From: Minisyncoccota bacterium
GTDB lineage: Bacteria > Patescibacteriota > Microgenomatia > UBA1400 > UBA12028
Length of the DNA stretch: 64,000 bases
Assembly (NCBI GenBank): GCA_003487265.1
Contig: DNEP01000013.1
Location: 24,618-88,617, forward strand
Direction of reading: 5' to 3'
Positions 36,380 through 46,760 of the stretch are shown piece by piece. Each line of letters starts with the position of its first letter. The first letter of the stretch is position 1. The notes below the pieces were generated by a model, which was not told the origin of the DNA, searched no databases, and saw nothing but the letters and a program-made list of their open reading frames with translations. The translations under genes were made by a program, and so were the position numbers.

Positions 36380-37705
36380 TCAACGGCTGACTCGAACGAT
36401 TTCTGCTCCCATGCTGCGCAGGCGCGTATCGAGTTGTTCATATCCACGATCAATCTGCTCGACGTTGTGTAGTACGGTAGGTTTTTTTGAAACCAAACCC
36501 GCGAGTACTAACGTTGCCCCAGCACGCAGATCGTGCACGGTGAACTCACCACCCTTAAACTGCGATTTACCGAAAATACGAACGGCATGAAAATGAGGAT
36601 CTGACTGAGGTACGATGAATTGATATACTTTTTCTGGACGAGCCACTTCGGGATTAAATAGTTCAATTTTTGCTCCCATTGTTTGTAAGTCGGGCACATA
36701 CTGGAACCGACTTTCTGAAACGGTTTCATGAATCACGCTCACCCCCACCGCCTGTGTCAATAACACCGACCACAACGGTTGCCAGTCTGTCATAAATCCT
36801 GGATGGGGAGTTGTTGTCACATCAACCGCACGCATCTCTCCTTTGTGATAAAAGCGAATTCCATATGACCCAACTTCATATCCCGCGCCCATTTCGTCGA
36901 GTTTATCAAGAAATGCTTCAAGATTTTCTTTCCGTGCATTCTGAACAATAATGTCACCTTTTGATGCAATCGCAGCACACGCATATGAAACTGCCTCATT
37001 TCGATCCGGCATAACTTTGTAAATTGTTGGATGGAGTTCCTTGACCCCATCAATCTCGATAATGGCATTCTCTCTGCGACGAATATGCGCACCCATTTCA
37101 TTTAGAAATTGGATAAGATCGTCGATTTCCGGTTCTAATCCCGCATTTTCTAATATTGTTTTCCCAGAAGCGGTCGCGGCTGCAATTAACAACGTTTCTG
37201 TTCCCGTGTGAGATTTTTTATCGAATCGAAATGTCGTTCCTTTGAATCCTTTTTTGTCGAGTGATGCATACAACGTTGAACCTTTTTGAACGATTTTTGC
37301 ACCTAACGCTTCTAAACCTAAGAGATGACGATCAATCGGTCGTTTTCCAATCGCATCACCACCCGGCAATGGAACTTCTGCGTGTTGAAATCGCACGAGA
37401 AGCGGTGCGAGAAACATCGTGGATGCTCGTGAACCCGAGCCGTACTTCTCGGGAATTTTATACGAGGATAATCCATCTGCATGAATGAACATTGTGCGCT
37501 CACCTGCGTTTTTGGTTGTACCACCCAAATCTTCAATGATGTCTTTCGTGATCTGTACTTCATTGATATGTGAAAAGTTCAAAAGACGCGTGACACCTTT
37601 CGTAAGCAAAGATGCGATCATCAGTTTAAAACTCGCGTTCTTGGCACCACCTAAACGCACCGATCCAAACAATGGTTTCCCGCCGTGAATAATAAAGGTT
37701 TCCAT
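36380..37705 (-). CDS. murA: UDP-N-acetylglucosamine 1-carboxyvinyltransferase
   Basis: METFIIHGGKPLFGSVRLGGAKNASFKLMIASLL and the EPSP-synthase fold pattern. Active-site loop PGGDAIGKRPIDRHL has Asp (D) at the position where E. coli MurA has the fosfomycin-reactive Cys. Confidence 0.9.
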   Translation of the reverse strand: METFIIHGGKPLFGSVRLGGAKNASFKLMIASLLTKGVTRLLNFSHINEVQITKDIIEDLGGTTKNAGERTMFIHADGLSSYKIPEKYGSGSRASTMFLAPLLVRFQHAEVPLPGGDAIGKRPIDRHLLGLEALGAKIVQKGSTLYASLDKKGFKGTTFRFDKKSHTGTETLLIAAATASGKTILENAGLEPEIDDLIQFLNEMGAHIRRRENAIIEIDGVKELHPTIYKVMPDRNEAVSYACAAIASKGDIIVQNARKENLEAFLDKLDEMGAGYEVGSYGIRFYHKGEMRAVDVTTTPHPGFMTDWQPLWSVLLTQAVGVSVIHETVSESRFQYVPDLQTMGAKIELFNPEVARPEKVYQFIVPQSDPHFHAVRIFGKSQFKGGEFTVHDLRAGATLVLAGLVSKKPTVLHNVEQIDRGYEQLDTRLRSMGAEIVRVSR

Positions 37706-37727
37706 GTGTTCCTTTCTTGTACTGACA

Positions 37728-38654
37728 TTACGGAATGATAAAAATTTCTTTTTCTAGTACAACTCCCGTTTTATCTTTCACCTTCTTTTGAACCAATTCT
37801 GCAAGCTCCAGCACATCATGAGAACTCGCTCCCCCTCTGTTCACAATAAAGTTCGCGTGAACCTCACTCACCTCGGCTCCGCCGACACGCGTTCCCTTTA
37901 AACCAGCATCGTCGATAAGTTTGCCGGCAAAAACTTTTTTATCGGCAACCAGTGCATTTCGAAAAATGCATCCGCTACTTGGGAGTCCAATGGGTTGCGT
38001 TGCGTTTCTCTTTTGAACATATTGTAAAGATTCTGCGCGAATCTCTTCTAGATTCCCTTTTAGAACACGAAAGGACGCGCGAAGCACCACCGCGCGTTCA
38101 TGATGAAAACGAGAATAATCATATGCGAACTCTAAATCTTTTTGAAAAAACCTTTGCGTCCCCGCTGGCGTTACCACATCAACGTATTCGATAAAGTTAC
38201 CAAACAACTGCGTCGAGGTAAAATGAGAGTTATTCACAACCGCACCGCCTACTGTTCCAGGAAGTCCGAGAAAACACTGCATTCCAGTTGCAGAATGATC
38301 TATTGTTGATTTCACCAAAATGTTCACAGGTAGTCCGCTGTCGGCAATAAACCTCACATCATCGGCTGATTCTTCCACGAGGAGTTCTTTTGTTTTGTTC
38401 AAGATCACAAGCGCATCAACGCCTTCATCTCGAATAAGAACATTACTTGCACCACCAAAGACGTGAAATGGGATGATATTTTCGTACGCAATTTTTGCAA
38501 GAAGTTCAAGATCATTTCTACGATCAACTGCACAAAAAATGCGAGCAGGTCCGCCAATTCGAAAATAGGTATGTTTGGAAAGAAGTTCGCCCTCAAGAAA
38601 ATTGAGGTGTGGAAGTTTACTTTGAAGAAGCGTCAGCCATTGATTAGCCTGCAT
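37728..38654 (-). CDS. murB: UDP-N-acetylenolpyruvoylglucosamine reductase
   Basis: FAD-binding FRIGGPARIF, plus the C-terminal MurB domain with SSGCIFRN. Confidence 0.85.
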   Translation of the reverse strand: MQANQWLTLLQSKLPHLNFLEGELLSKHTYFRIGGPARIFCAVDRRNDLELLAKIAYENIIPFHVFGGASNVLIRDEGVDALVILNKTKELLVEESADDVRFIADSGLPVNILVKSTIDHSATGMQCFLGLPGTVGGAVVNNSHFTSTQLFGNFIEYVDVVTPAGTQRFFQKDLEFAYDYSRFHHERAVVLRASFRVLKGNLEEIRAESLQYVQKRNATQPIGLPSSGCIFRNALVADKKVFAGKLIDDAGLKGTRVGGAEVSEVHANFIVNRGGASSHDVLELAELVQKKVKDKTGVVLEKEIFIIP

Positions 38655-40086
38655 AGGCAGATTGTATCATGTCGTGAAGATGATACACATCTCCCGCGCC
38701 GATCGTCATCAACACATCGTTCGGCGTGAGGAGTTCTTTTAAGAGTTCAACTGTTTCATCCAGAGAGGAGGGGGAAAAGGCGAGTTTCCCTTGACTGGTC
38801 AGAGCAGAAACAAGTTGGTCGCTTGTAATAGATGGATCGAATCCCTCTCTCGCACTGGCAAAAATGGGAGGAATAATCACAACATCCGCGTCATCAAAAG
38901 CATGTGAAAATTCGTGAAACAACGTTTTTGTTCGCGAATAGGTGTGCGGTTGAAACACCACAACACGTCGAGCGTTTGGATACCACTCTCGCAACGCTTT
39001 CAACGTGTGGAGTATTTCCGATGGATGGTGCGCGTAATCGTCATAACAATCAATGGAGTCCAACAGTCTCATTTTGTACTCAAACCTTCGCACTGTACCA
39101 CGAAATGATTGCATGTATTCAATTGATTCTTCAATCGGAATGCCAAGAATTGAACACGTCGCAATCGCACTGAGTACATTTTTTATATTAAAAAGCCCTG
39201 GAACCGAAACGCGTACTGTATACTTTCTTTGTTCATGTGAAAAGCTGAATTGATTGAGTAATGGCTGTATTCGATACGAAGAAAGATCATACGAAAATGT
39301 GCTAGAATCAGATTTTCCGATTGTGATCAGATTACATGAAAAATCCATCTTTTTAATATCATCTGAGTATTTCTCATCTTCGAAATATATGAGGGATTGT
39401 GAGCGTGAAAGCTGTGAAAAGAAAGAGTTATATGCAGAAAGTGTATCAGAATACGTTGGATAAATGTCGGGATGGTCGTGAAAAATATTTGTACAGACAA
39501 TAATTTCTGGATGTTGGTAGGTAAACCGCGGTCTACGATCAACAAGCGGATCAATCGAGTATTCATCAGCCTCGGCAACAAAAATATTCCCTTCGGTGTA
39601 CGCACCTGTTCGTTCCATACCAACAATTCCACCAACCCCAACCGAGAATGAAGGATTATTTTGATGTTTCCATAAAATCCAAGAGATCATCGCTGAGGTC
39701 GTCGTCTTTCCTCCAACACCACACACCGACACTCCCCGTTTCCCGTCCATGAGTTTTCCCAAAACTTCAGCTTGACTCATTGTCGTGATACCTCGACGTA
39801 TCGCTTCCTCAACTTCTGGATTCTTTGAACCTTGATGTGCGCCGCTGTACACAACCAAATCAACCTCCTGCATGAGATGATCTGGTGAAAACCCCACCGC
39901 CACCTGTGAACAAACCGTTTTGAGGATGTGTGCGGTCACAAAATCATCAGCGACATCGCTCCCAGAAATCGCGATTCCCAAATCAGCCAAACACTGCGCC
40001 GTTGAGGTCATCCCAACACCTTTAATTCCAGTAAAATGCGCGTGATGAAATTGCGAAAAATACTTATGCATCTGTACGTACCCCAC
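38644..40086 (-). CDS. murC: UDP-N-acetylmuramate--L-alanine ligase
   Basis: HFTGIKGVGMTSTAQCLADLG, P-loop CGVGGKTTTSAMISWIL, and a Mur ligase C-terminal domain. Confidence 0.85.
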   Translation of the reverse strand: MGYVQMHKYFSQFHHAHFTGIKGVGMTSTAQCLADLGIAISGSDVADDFVTAHILKTVCSQVAVGFSPDHLMQEVDLVVYSGAHQGSKNPEVEEAIRRGITTMSQAEVLGKLMDGKRGVSVCGVGGKTTTSAMISWILWKHQNNPSFSVGVGGIVGMERTGAYTEGNIFVAEADEYSIDPLVDRRPRFTYQHPEIIVCTNIFHDHPDIYPTYSDTLSAYNSFFSQLSRSQSLIYFEDEKYSDDIKKMDFSCNLITIGKSDSSTFSYDLSSYRIQPLLNQFSFSHEQRKYTVRVSVPGLFNIKNVLSAIATCSILGIPIEESIEYMQSFRGTVRRFEYKMRLLDSIDCYDDYAHHPSEILHTLKALREWYPNARRVVVFQPHTYSRTKTLFHEFSHAFDDADVVIIPPIFASAREGFDPSITSDQLVSALTSQGKLAFSPSSLDETVELLKELLTPNDVLMTIGAGDVYHLHDMIQSAYAG

Positions 40087-40753
40087 AGATCATTCTACCA
40101 CGAAGGTCCTGATCCACCGTTGAAAATCGTCGATGAGAAAAAAAGCGCGAATCAAGATGACAAGTGCAGGATCCGTGACTCTGAATGTTCTCTGAGCGGA
40201 CTTTCCGTTCGACCAGCGCCTTCGTTATTCCATTCTGTAATGACAAAAACGGCATTCCTTTTTCATATCGAACGGCGTATTTCCACGCGGGATCTTGGAT
40301 CATGCGATCATTCGCTGTTCGTTTATGACAACAATCTTGAATAGAGGGACCGATCCAAACCTGAAGGTCGGCACGATCGTTGGGATCGGGGCAGAGTTGT
40401 TCAAGCGTTTTGAGATGGATTTTTTTCCACGCCGATTTCCATCCCGCATGCACAAGTGCTCCCATATTCGAACTCGGATTCCACATAACCACAGGGACAC
40501 AATCCGCTACTGTCATCCAAATCATGCCACACTCGAGAAGACTTTCAGAAGAAAAAAGAACTGCATCTGCGTTCCACGTTTCAGCACGAGTAACACTCGA
40601 AAGCACACGGACACCGTGCTCTAAGATCAACTGTTTTTGCGCTGTTATTCCATTTTTTGAAAAAAATGATTCTCGAACAGTCATCTCTCCCATATCTCCA
40701 TCGCGTTTTTCCGAAAAGAAAATCTCGATCGGTCCAAGAAATGACCGTATCAT
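40064..40753 (-). CDS. pgeF: Peptidoglycan editing factor PgeF / YfiH (Cu-oxidase_4, purine-nucleoside phosphorylase-like) family
   Basis: VADCVPVVMW and LVHAGWKSAWKKI match the conserved ADCVP and HAGWRG boxes of the YfiH family. Confidence 0.75.
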   Translation of the reverse strand: MIRSFLGPIEIFFSEKRDGDMGEMTVRESFFSKNGITAQKQLILEHGVRVLSSVTRAETWNADAVLFSSESLLECGMIWMTVADCVPVVMWNPSSNMGALVHAGWKSAWKKIHLKTLEQLCPDPNDRADLQVWIGPSIQDCCHKRTANDRMIQDPAWKYAVRYEKGMPFLSLQNGITKALVERKVRSENIQSHGSCTCHLDSRFFSHRRFSTVDQDLRGRMICGVRTDA

Positions 40754-41499
40754 ATCTTTGCAGTCCGTTTTTTCATTTCTTGTTCTGCCACAACCAGTTG
40801 ATCGGGAGAGTTCACACCCATTCCCAATGCTTCGTCACGTCCATTCCACGATTGAATCTTTGCTCCTAAACGAACGCCTATCTCAAACACATCCGTAAGA
40901 TAATACTCTTGACTCACTTCGTTCATTTTTACCAGTGGGAGCGTTTTTAATAAAAACGATTTTTTGTACACCGCATTCCCTGTGTTAATCTCCCGAATTT
41001 TTTTCTGTTCATCAGTTGCATTTTTTTCCTCAACAATACCAGAAACCTCACCGTTTTCATCACGAAGAATTCTGCCATATCCAAACGGATTTTCCACCGT
41101 TGTAGAAATGAGCGTGACATCAGCCTGTTGAGCTGTATGAAGTTTAAGAACAGTTTGTAGTACTTCTTCCGTGTAAAACGCACAATGATCACCGTACAGA
41201 ACCACAACATCAACACAATCTTTATCTACAAATGGAAGCGCAGAACCAACCGCGTCCGCGGTTCCAAGCTGTTGTTTTTGTTCCGCATAGATAAGTGAAT
41301 CCCCAAAATATGAAAAAATACTTTCCTTTGCGTGACCTACGACAACAATAGGATGTTCAATTCCCATCCGCGCTAACCTTTCAACGGGATATGCCAACAT
41401 CGGTTTTCCATTTAGTGGAATCATGACTTTATTCTGCATCTCATGGACACCCATTCGCTTCCCACGGCCACCTGCAAGAATAATCGCTTGAACGTGTTT
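40750..41499 (-). CDS. Sugar-1-phosphate nucleotidyltransferase resembling the N-terminal uridylyltransferase domain of GlmU (no LbH acetyltransferase domain)
   Basis: ORF track 40750..41514, trimmed to MKHVQAIILAGGRGKRMG (G-x-G-x-R signature). QQLGTADAV aligns with GlmU EQLGTGHAV. At 250 aa it is too short to carry the hexapeptide domain. Confidence 0.6.
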   Translation of the reverse strand, partial: KHVQAIILAGGRGKRMGVHEMQNKVMIPLNGKPMLAYPVERLARMGIEHPIVVVGHAKESIFSYFGDSLIYAEQKQQLGTADAVGSALPFVDKDCVDVVVLYGDHCAFYTEEVLQTVLKLHTAQQADVTLISTTVENPFGYGRILRDENGEVSGIVEEKNATDEQKKIREINTGNAVYKKSFLLKTLPLVKMNEVSQEYYLTDVFEIGVRLGAKIQSWNGRDEALGMGVNSPDQLVVAEQEMKKRTAKI

Positions 41500-42503
41500 C
41501 ATAATGATCTCCAAATTGCTTGTGCGATACGCGTTGGATCATGTCGAAGATACGAGCGTTCAAGAACATCGCCGGTATGTTCGTGAACGGGAACAGAAAG
41601 AACATAATCCTCAGCGATTGTACTACACGAAATCGTATCAATCTCAACTGGAAACTCATCGTTTTGCGCATAGTGTGCAAGAAGATTGGCGGGAATTTTC
41701 CCAGTATTGCAAATCGCAAGATCAATTTTTCGACCAATCGCCTTCTCAATTCCTTGAATATGAGCCGATGCGGGCATCCCTCGCGTTTGATTCACGGTTG
41801 TCATAAGGTTTACGACAAAAATAATTTTTGCTGTCGTTGCACCAAACGCTTCTTTCACTCCATCTACGCAAAGGGTCGCCAAAAGACTTGCATAATAGTC
41901 TCCAGGCCCGATCACCACACAATCAGCGTGTTCGATTGCTTCAAATGCTGGTCTAAAAATATGCGCCGAAGGAACAAGTGAAATACTGTTAATTCTTTTT
42001 GCATATACACTGTGTGTATTAAAATAGTCCTCTCCCATCACGGTCGATCCATCGGTAAACGTCGTTTGTAACTGCACATTATCTTCTGTTATCGGCAACA
42101 CTTTCCCCTGCAAATGAAAAGTTTCCTCAATAATTTCAAGTGATCGAGCGGTACTTCCTGTCATATCCTGTAGCGCGGTCAGCAAAAGATTTCCAAGGTT
42201 ATGTCCCTGAAGTCCATTTCCTTTTGAAAAACGATACAACAATATTTTTCGAATCCATTCTTTTTGTTTCTCGTGCACTAACGCAACAAGCGATTGTCGC
42301 ACATCACCGACAGGTTGAAATCCAAATTCATCACGAAGTCGTCCCGTTGAACCACCGGAGTCCGCCATGGATACAATTGCCGTTAACTCAGCAGGATAAG
42401 TAGCAAGTCCAGAAATAATGGTGGATGTTCCCGTTCCTCCACCAATCGCAACAATTTTTGGTTTCTGAGTACTGTTTATATGCATAGATTTACGTAAGCG
42501 CAC
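41499..42503 (-). CDS. yvcK: YvcK/CofD-like UPF0052 protein (gluconeogenesis factor / UDP-sugar binding morphogenetic protein)
   Basis: KIVAIGGGTGTSTIISGLATYP is the N-terminal GGGTG motif of the CofD/YvcK family. 334 aa. Confidence 0.7.
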   Translation of the reverse strand: MRLRKSMHINSTQKPKIVAIGGGTGTSTIISGLATYPAELTAIVSMADSGGSTGRLRDEFGFQPVGDVRQSLVALVHEKQKEWIRKILLYRFSKGNGLQGHNLGNLLLTALQDMTGSTARSLEIIEETFHLQGKVLPITEDNVQLQTTFTDGSTVMGEDYFNTHSVYAKRINSISLVPSAHIFRPAFEAIEHADCVVIGPGDYYASLLATLCVDGVKEAFGATTAKIIFVVNLMTTVNQTRGMPASAHIQGIEKAIGRKIDLAICNTGKIPANLLAHYAQNDEFPVEIDTISCSTIAEDYVLSVPVHEHTGDVLERSYLRHDPTRIAQAIWRSL

Positions 42504-43704
42504 GAAGCAACGCCTCTTGATCTGACCAAGGTGTTTCGTGTTTCCCGTCTAGATTGAGCGATTTTTCATGTCCTTTTCCGAAAACAGCGATTGTATCGCC
42601 TTTTTTTGCAAGAGAAACCGCGAATCGAATCGCTTCATCTCGGTCGGCTATTTCGTGTATATGTCCCAATGCCTTTTTACTACACCCATCTTTAATCTGA
42701 CGGGTAATCGCTTGAATTGACTCCGTTCGAGGATCCTCCGCTGTGAGAATCACCTCATCTGCAAGTTCAGACGCGACTCGTCCCATCATGGGTCGCTTCA
42801 AGCGATCGCGCAATCCAGCACATCCGAAAACAACAAGAAGTTTTCCCGTTTGCGATTTTTTTGTTGTTCGCAATGTTTGTAACGCACGTTCCAATGCGTT
42901 TGGTGTATGAGCAAAATCCACAATCGCACGAATCCCTTTTCCGTTTCGAATTTCTTGCATTCTTCCAACAACCCCAGGAAAAGACGCGACGGCATCTCGA
43001 AACACTTCCTCTGAAAGATGAAGAAGCTCACACACTTTCCAAACCCCACTTGCGTTTTCTTGATTGTACGATTCTGAAAAACGTTGCGAAATCGCGTGCG
43101 ACACCAAAGGTGAAATATGCTTTGTATCATATTCAAACGATGCAATCATTTTTGACTCAATCTGCATCCGCAGCGTTTTCTTGATCAAATGGTACGAATG
43201 ATCAAGCCGATTTATCACGATATTTTTTGAACGACGGAGCAATCGTAGTTTAACTCGCGCGTATTCTTCATATGTCGCATGATAATCCAAATGTTCATGT
43301 GTGATATTTGTCAGCATTGTAATGAACGGTTTTATTCCAAAAAAGCGATGTTGATCAATTCCGTGACTTGTAACTTCCAACACCACATATTGAATCCCTT
43401 GTTTCTTCATTTCAAACAGAAACGACTGCAGTGCGAATGGACTTGGAGATGTAACATGAAACCCCGTATCGATTTCTTTTTCTTTTATGTAGGCAGCGAC
43501 GGTTGAAACAAGTGCAACGTTTTTCCCAGCATGTTTAAGCACATGATATAAAAGTGTTGCGGATGTCGTTTTTCCATCCGTTCCCGTAACACAGAGAATT
43601 GTCAGCGCGTTCGAAGGATTTCGATACCACGTTGTAGCAAAAAAACCTTTGAGAAAGTGGTATGGACGTTTCACCGTTTGAAGCATTCTTGAAAGCGACA
43701 TCAT
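42490..43704 (-). CDS. murE: Mur ligase, MurE-like (UDP-MurNAc-L-Ala-D-Glu:diamino acid ligase), short form lacking the N-terminal domain
   Basis: P-loop VTGTDGKTTSATLL. AIVDFAHTPNALERAL matches the MurE VDYAHTPDAL box. 404 aa, versus ~490 for typical MurE. Confidence 0.65.
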   Translation of the reverse strand: MMSLSRMLQTVKRPYHFLKGFFATTWYRNPSNALTILCVTGTDGKTTSATLLYHVLKHAGKNVALVSTVAAYIKEKEIDTGFHVTSPSPFALQSFLFEMKKQGIQYVVLEVTSHGIDQHRFFGIKPFITMLTNITHEHLDYHATYEEYARVKLRLLRRSKNIVINRLDHSYHLIKKTLRMQIESKMIASFEYDTKHISPLVSHAISQRFSESYNQENASGVWKVCELLHLSEEVFRDAVASFPGVVGRMQEIRNGKGIRAIVDFAHTPNALERALQTLRTTKKSQTGKLLVVFGCAGLRDRLKRPMMGRVASELADEVILTAEDPRTESIQAITRQIKDGCSKKALGHIHEIADRDEAIRFAVSLAKKGDTIAVFGKGHEKSLNLDGKHETPWSDQEALLRALT

Positions 43705-43756
43705 TTGATTATCCTATCCCTTGAAGTATTTCTCAAGACCGCCTTTGGCCATTCGT

Positions 43757-45541
43757 TTATTGAGATGGAGCAATGCCCATACGAATAAAAAGATCTTTCG
43801 CAATCGCAAACCACAGCGGTGCCGCGGTCTCGGATCCCCAAGGAGATGATGTCGGTTCCCGCAATTTAATTAACATAACAAACCTTGGATTTTCTGCTGG
43901 AGCAAATCCTACAAAACTCGCAACCGTTTTTTCTTCGTCATAATGACCTTCCACGGGGATCTGGGCGGTCCCCGTCTTTCCCGCTATTCGATACCCCTTT
44001 GGAATTGCCCATTTTGCATCACCATGAGCCGCGGACTGCTCCATCATTTCGGTGACCTTCCACGCCGTTTCCTCCGAGATAACGCGTTCACCGACTTTTG
44101 CTTCCTGCTTCATAACTGTCCCCTCATCATCCATCGATTCAAGCAGTGTTGGTTGTACGAGAAGGCCTTTGTTGGCAATTATTTGCGCGATCTGCACCAT
44201 CTGAAGTCCATTCATCGCCACCCCCTGACCAAAACTCGCGGTAGCGATGTCGATCTCTCTCCAGGTTTTTCGTTCGGGCGCAATTGTTTCTTCGCGCAAC
44301 TCAATTGTGGTTTTTTCAAAAAGATGAAATTTTTTCATGTAGTCTAAAAATTTGTCTTTCCCCAATAACTCAGCAATATGAATCATCACCGTGTTATCCG
44401 AATGAACAAGTCCATCGGTAATCGTTGAGTTGGGATAATACTCATTGTTCCATGTTTTTATCGTGAATCCCGAGATTTTTCGAGGACCATCACACACAGG
44501 ACACACAGAATCAGGTTGAATCACACCCGCATCAATTCCCGAAGCCACGGTAAAGATTTTCATGGTTGATCCAGGTTCATACACATCATTTGCTAGCAGT
44601 GATGAGTAGGTTTCGGGTGGATATTGATAGTATTTTTCAGGATCATACGAAGGAAAAGAGGCCATCGCAATAATTTTTCCCGTCGCGGGATCCATAATCA
44701 CTCCTTCGGCAGTTTTACTTCCGTATTTCTCCATCCCTCTTTTCAAATGTTCTTCCAACAAAAACTGAATATCACGACGCAACGTCAGTTGAATATCCCG
44801 ACCGTTTCTCGCACCGATCGTCGAATGTGTGCCAATGCTTAGCGGATTCCCCAGCGCATCCTTTTCCAACACAGACAATCCCGAACGCGGACGGAGCTCC
44901 CGATCAAAAAATCCCTCTACCCCAAAGTATCCCTGATCCTCTCCCTCTTGGTTTTTCCCAACAAATCCCAGAATTTGCGCAGAGAGCGATGCTTCGGGAT
45001 ATAACCTCGCCTCTTGTTCTTCAAATCCCAAACCATCAATGGAAAGTTGTTCAATATCATCCTTCACTTGCAACGGAATGTTATTTTTCACACTCACCCA
45101 CGGCGATTTCTTTTGTAACCGATCAAGAATCGAACTCGTCCATTCTTTTTGAAGTTGTTCTAGAACAACCTCAGCAGAACTACTCGCATACAATGCCTGA
45201 TCATCCTCGTACGAAAGCTGTGCAAAAAGTGGGGCGAGCGTATTTGCAATGTGATCAATTGGAGCAGTAAGATGAATTGGTTCCACATACAATCGAAACA
45301 CGGGTTTGTTCACCACAAGAGGATATCCATCTGCTGAAAAAATTGTTCCTCGACTTCCTTTGAGTGTTCGTTGCGTTCCATATTGCGCATCTGCAATTGC
45401 CTGCAACGACTCCGCGCGAATGATTTGCCAATAATATAAACGCAAAATAATCAACACAAACGCAACGCCAAACATGATTTCAATGAATCTTGAGCGACCA
45501 GCAAACTGTCGAGCCGACTGAACTTCCTCGTGCGTTCTCAT
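43757..45541 (-). CDS. ftsI: Penicillin-binding protein 2/3-type transpeptidase (FtsI)
   Basis: N-terminal TM, SxxK = STMKIF, SxN = HSDNTV, KTG = AGKTGTAQ. In the dcw position after ftsL. Confidence 0.85.
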   Translation of the reverse strand: MRTHEEVQSARQFAGRSRFIEIMFGVAFVLIILRLYYWQIIRAESLQAIADAQYGTQRTLKGSRGTIFSADGYPLVVNKPVFRLYVEPIHLTAPIDHIANTLAPLFAQLSYEDDQALYASSSAEVVLEQLQKEWTSSILDRLQKKSPWVSVKNNIPLQVKDDIEQLSIDGLGFEEQEARLYPEASLSAQILGFVGKNQEGEDQGYFGVEGFFDRELRPRSGLSVLEKDALGNPLSIGTHSTIGARNGRDIQLTLRRDIQFLLEEHLKRGMEKYGSKTAEGVIMDPATGKIIAMASFPSYDPEKYYQYPPETYSSLLANDVYEPGSTMKIFTVASGIDAGVIQPDSVCPVCDGPRKISGFTIKTWNNEYYPNSTITDGLVHSDNTVMIHIAELLGKDKFLDYMKKFHLFEKTTIELREETIAPERKTWREIDIATASFGQGVAMNGLQMVQIAQIIANKGLLVQPTLLESMDDEGTVMKQEAKVGERVISEETAWKVTEMMEQSAAHGDAKWAIPKGYRIAGKTGTAQIPVEGHYDEEKTVASFVGFAPAENPRFVMLIKLREPTSSPWGSETAAPLWFAIAKDLFIRMGIAPSQ

Positions 45542-45546
45542 TGTCT

Positions 45547-45870
45547 TTATTCTTGCACATACGCAAGGGAACTGTCAGGCGACAAAAAGATTAATTGAGC
45601 AACGGAAACGTATCCTTCAAGTGTTGCGTGTTGTTTTATGTCCTGAAGTGAGTACTTCGAAGACAATGATGCTTGTGCGTATGTGATTGTTTTTTCTGTT
45701 TCGGCAATCGAGCGTTCGAGTTTTTTCATTTCAGCACCTCGAGAAATACCAACACTACTCACAAAAACGTAGGAAGTTAACGAAACAACCAACGCGAATA
45801 AAGAAAGAAAATATCCGCACATCATCACTGGTGAAATGGTGATCGAATGGCATCCGCGAGAACGAATCAT
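45547..45870 (-). CDS. ftsL: Small single-TM protein, FtsL-like
   Basis: 107 aa with one TM (YFLSLFALVVSLTSYVFV) followed by a short coiled region, positioned between rsmH and ftsI. The assignment rests on position and topology only. Confidence 0.4.
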   Translation of the reverse strand: MIRSRGCHSITISPVMMCGYFLSLFALVVSLTSYVFVSSVGISRGAEMKKLERSIAETEKTITYAQASLSSKYSLQDIKQHATLEGYVSVAQLIFLSPDSSLAYVQE

Positions 45871-46760
45871 ATACGTCCTTTGTATTGATTTTTTACAAAT
45901 GCGCGGAGCTTTGCACTTCGTGCACGTGGGTTTTTGTACATTTCCTGATTCGTTGGCGTGAGCGGTTTCTTAAAAACATTGAATCCCCGTTTTTCGATCT
46001 CCCAATCCTTCATCACATTCTTCACAATACGATCCTCACCTTCATGAAATGCAATAGTGACGATGTGACCACCTTCCGCGAGGCAATCGAGCGAAGTAGG
46101 CAGTGTTCGCTCGATTGTTCGCAGTTCATCATTTACCGCAATACGTAAAGCCATAAACACTTTTGTGGCAGAATCGATCCCTCGCACACGATCGCGTTCA
46201 AGCGCGTTGTGAATAATTTCGGTGAGCTGTCGAGTTGTGGTAATGGGACTGAGTTTGCGCGCATCCACAATCGCGTCCGCGATTTTTCGACCAAAAGATT
46301 CCTGCGCGTAATGGAAAAATAAATTTGCGAGTTCTTTTCTACCGAGCGCTGCGATTAAATCCTGTGCCTTTACGGAGAGTCGGTCATCCATGCGCATATC
46401 AAGGGGGCCCTCATGTTGAAATGAAAATCCGCGCGAAGCATCATCGATTTGTTGACTGTTCACACCAAAATCAAATAATATTCCTGCAACTTTCTCTTGA
46501 AGGTGATCTGCGAGATGTTCAAATGAATCGTGAATCAGCGTGAGTTTTCCTGCGCTGATTTCTTTTTCAAATGTGACGGTGTTTTGCTCAATAACCGTTC
46601 GATCATGATCGAATCCGATAACTTTTCCACCTTTTTTCATGATTTCTTTGCTGTGTCCGCCAAATCCAAAGGTCGCATCAACATATGTTTGATTTTCTTT
46701 CACTTGAAGTGCGTGAATCACCTCAACCAACATTGCGGGAATATGAGGAGCGTTATTCAT
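45867..46760 (-). CDS. rsmH: 16S rRNA (cytosine1402-N4)-methyltransferase
   Basis: ORF track 45867..46838, trimmed to MNNAPHIPAMLVEVIHAL. YVDATFGFGGHS is the SAM-binding motif. Confidence 0.9.
   Translation of the reverse strand: MNNAPHIPAMLVEVIHALQVKENQTYVDATFGFGGHSKEIMKKGGKVIGFDHDRTVIEQNTVTFEKEISAGKLTLIHDSFEHLADHLQEKVAGILFDFGVNSQQIDDASRGFSFQHEGPLDMRMDDRLSVKAQDLIAALGRKELANLFFHYAQESFGRKIADAIVDARKLSPITTTRQLTEIIHNALERDRVRGIDSATKVFMALRIAVNDELRTIERTLPTSLDCLAEGGHIVTIAFHEGEDRIVKNVMKDWEIEKRGFNVFKKPLTPTNQEMYKNPRARSAKLRAFVKNQYKGRI

Noticed and set aside
40750-41514. Calling this gene full GlmU
   Set aside because: It is too short (250 aa) and lacks hexapeptide repeats, so only a GlmU N-domain-like nucleotidyltransferase is supported.
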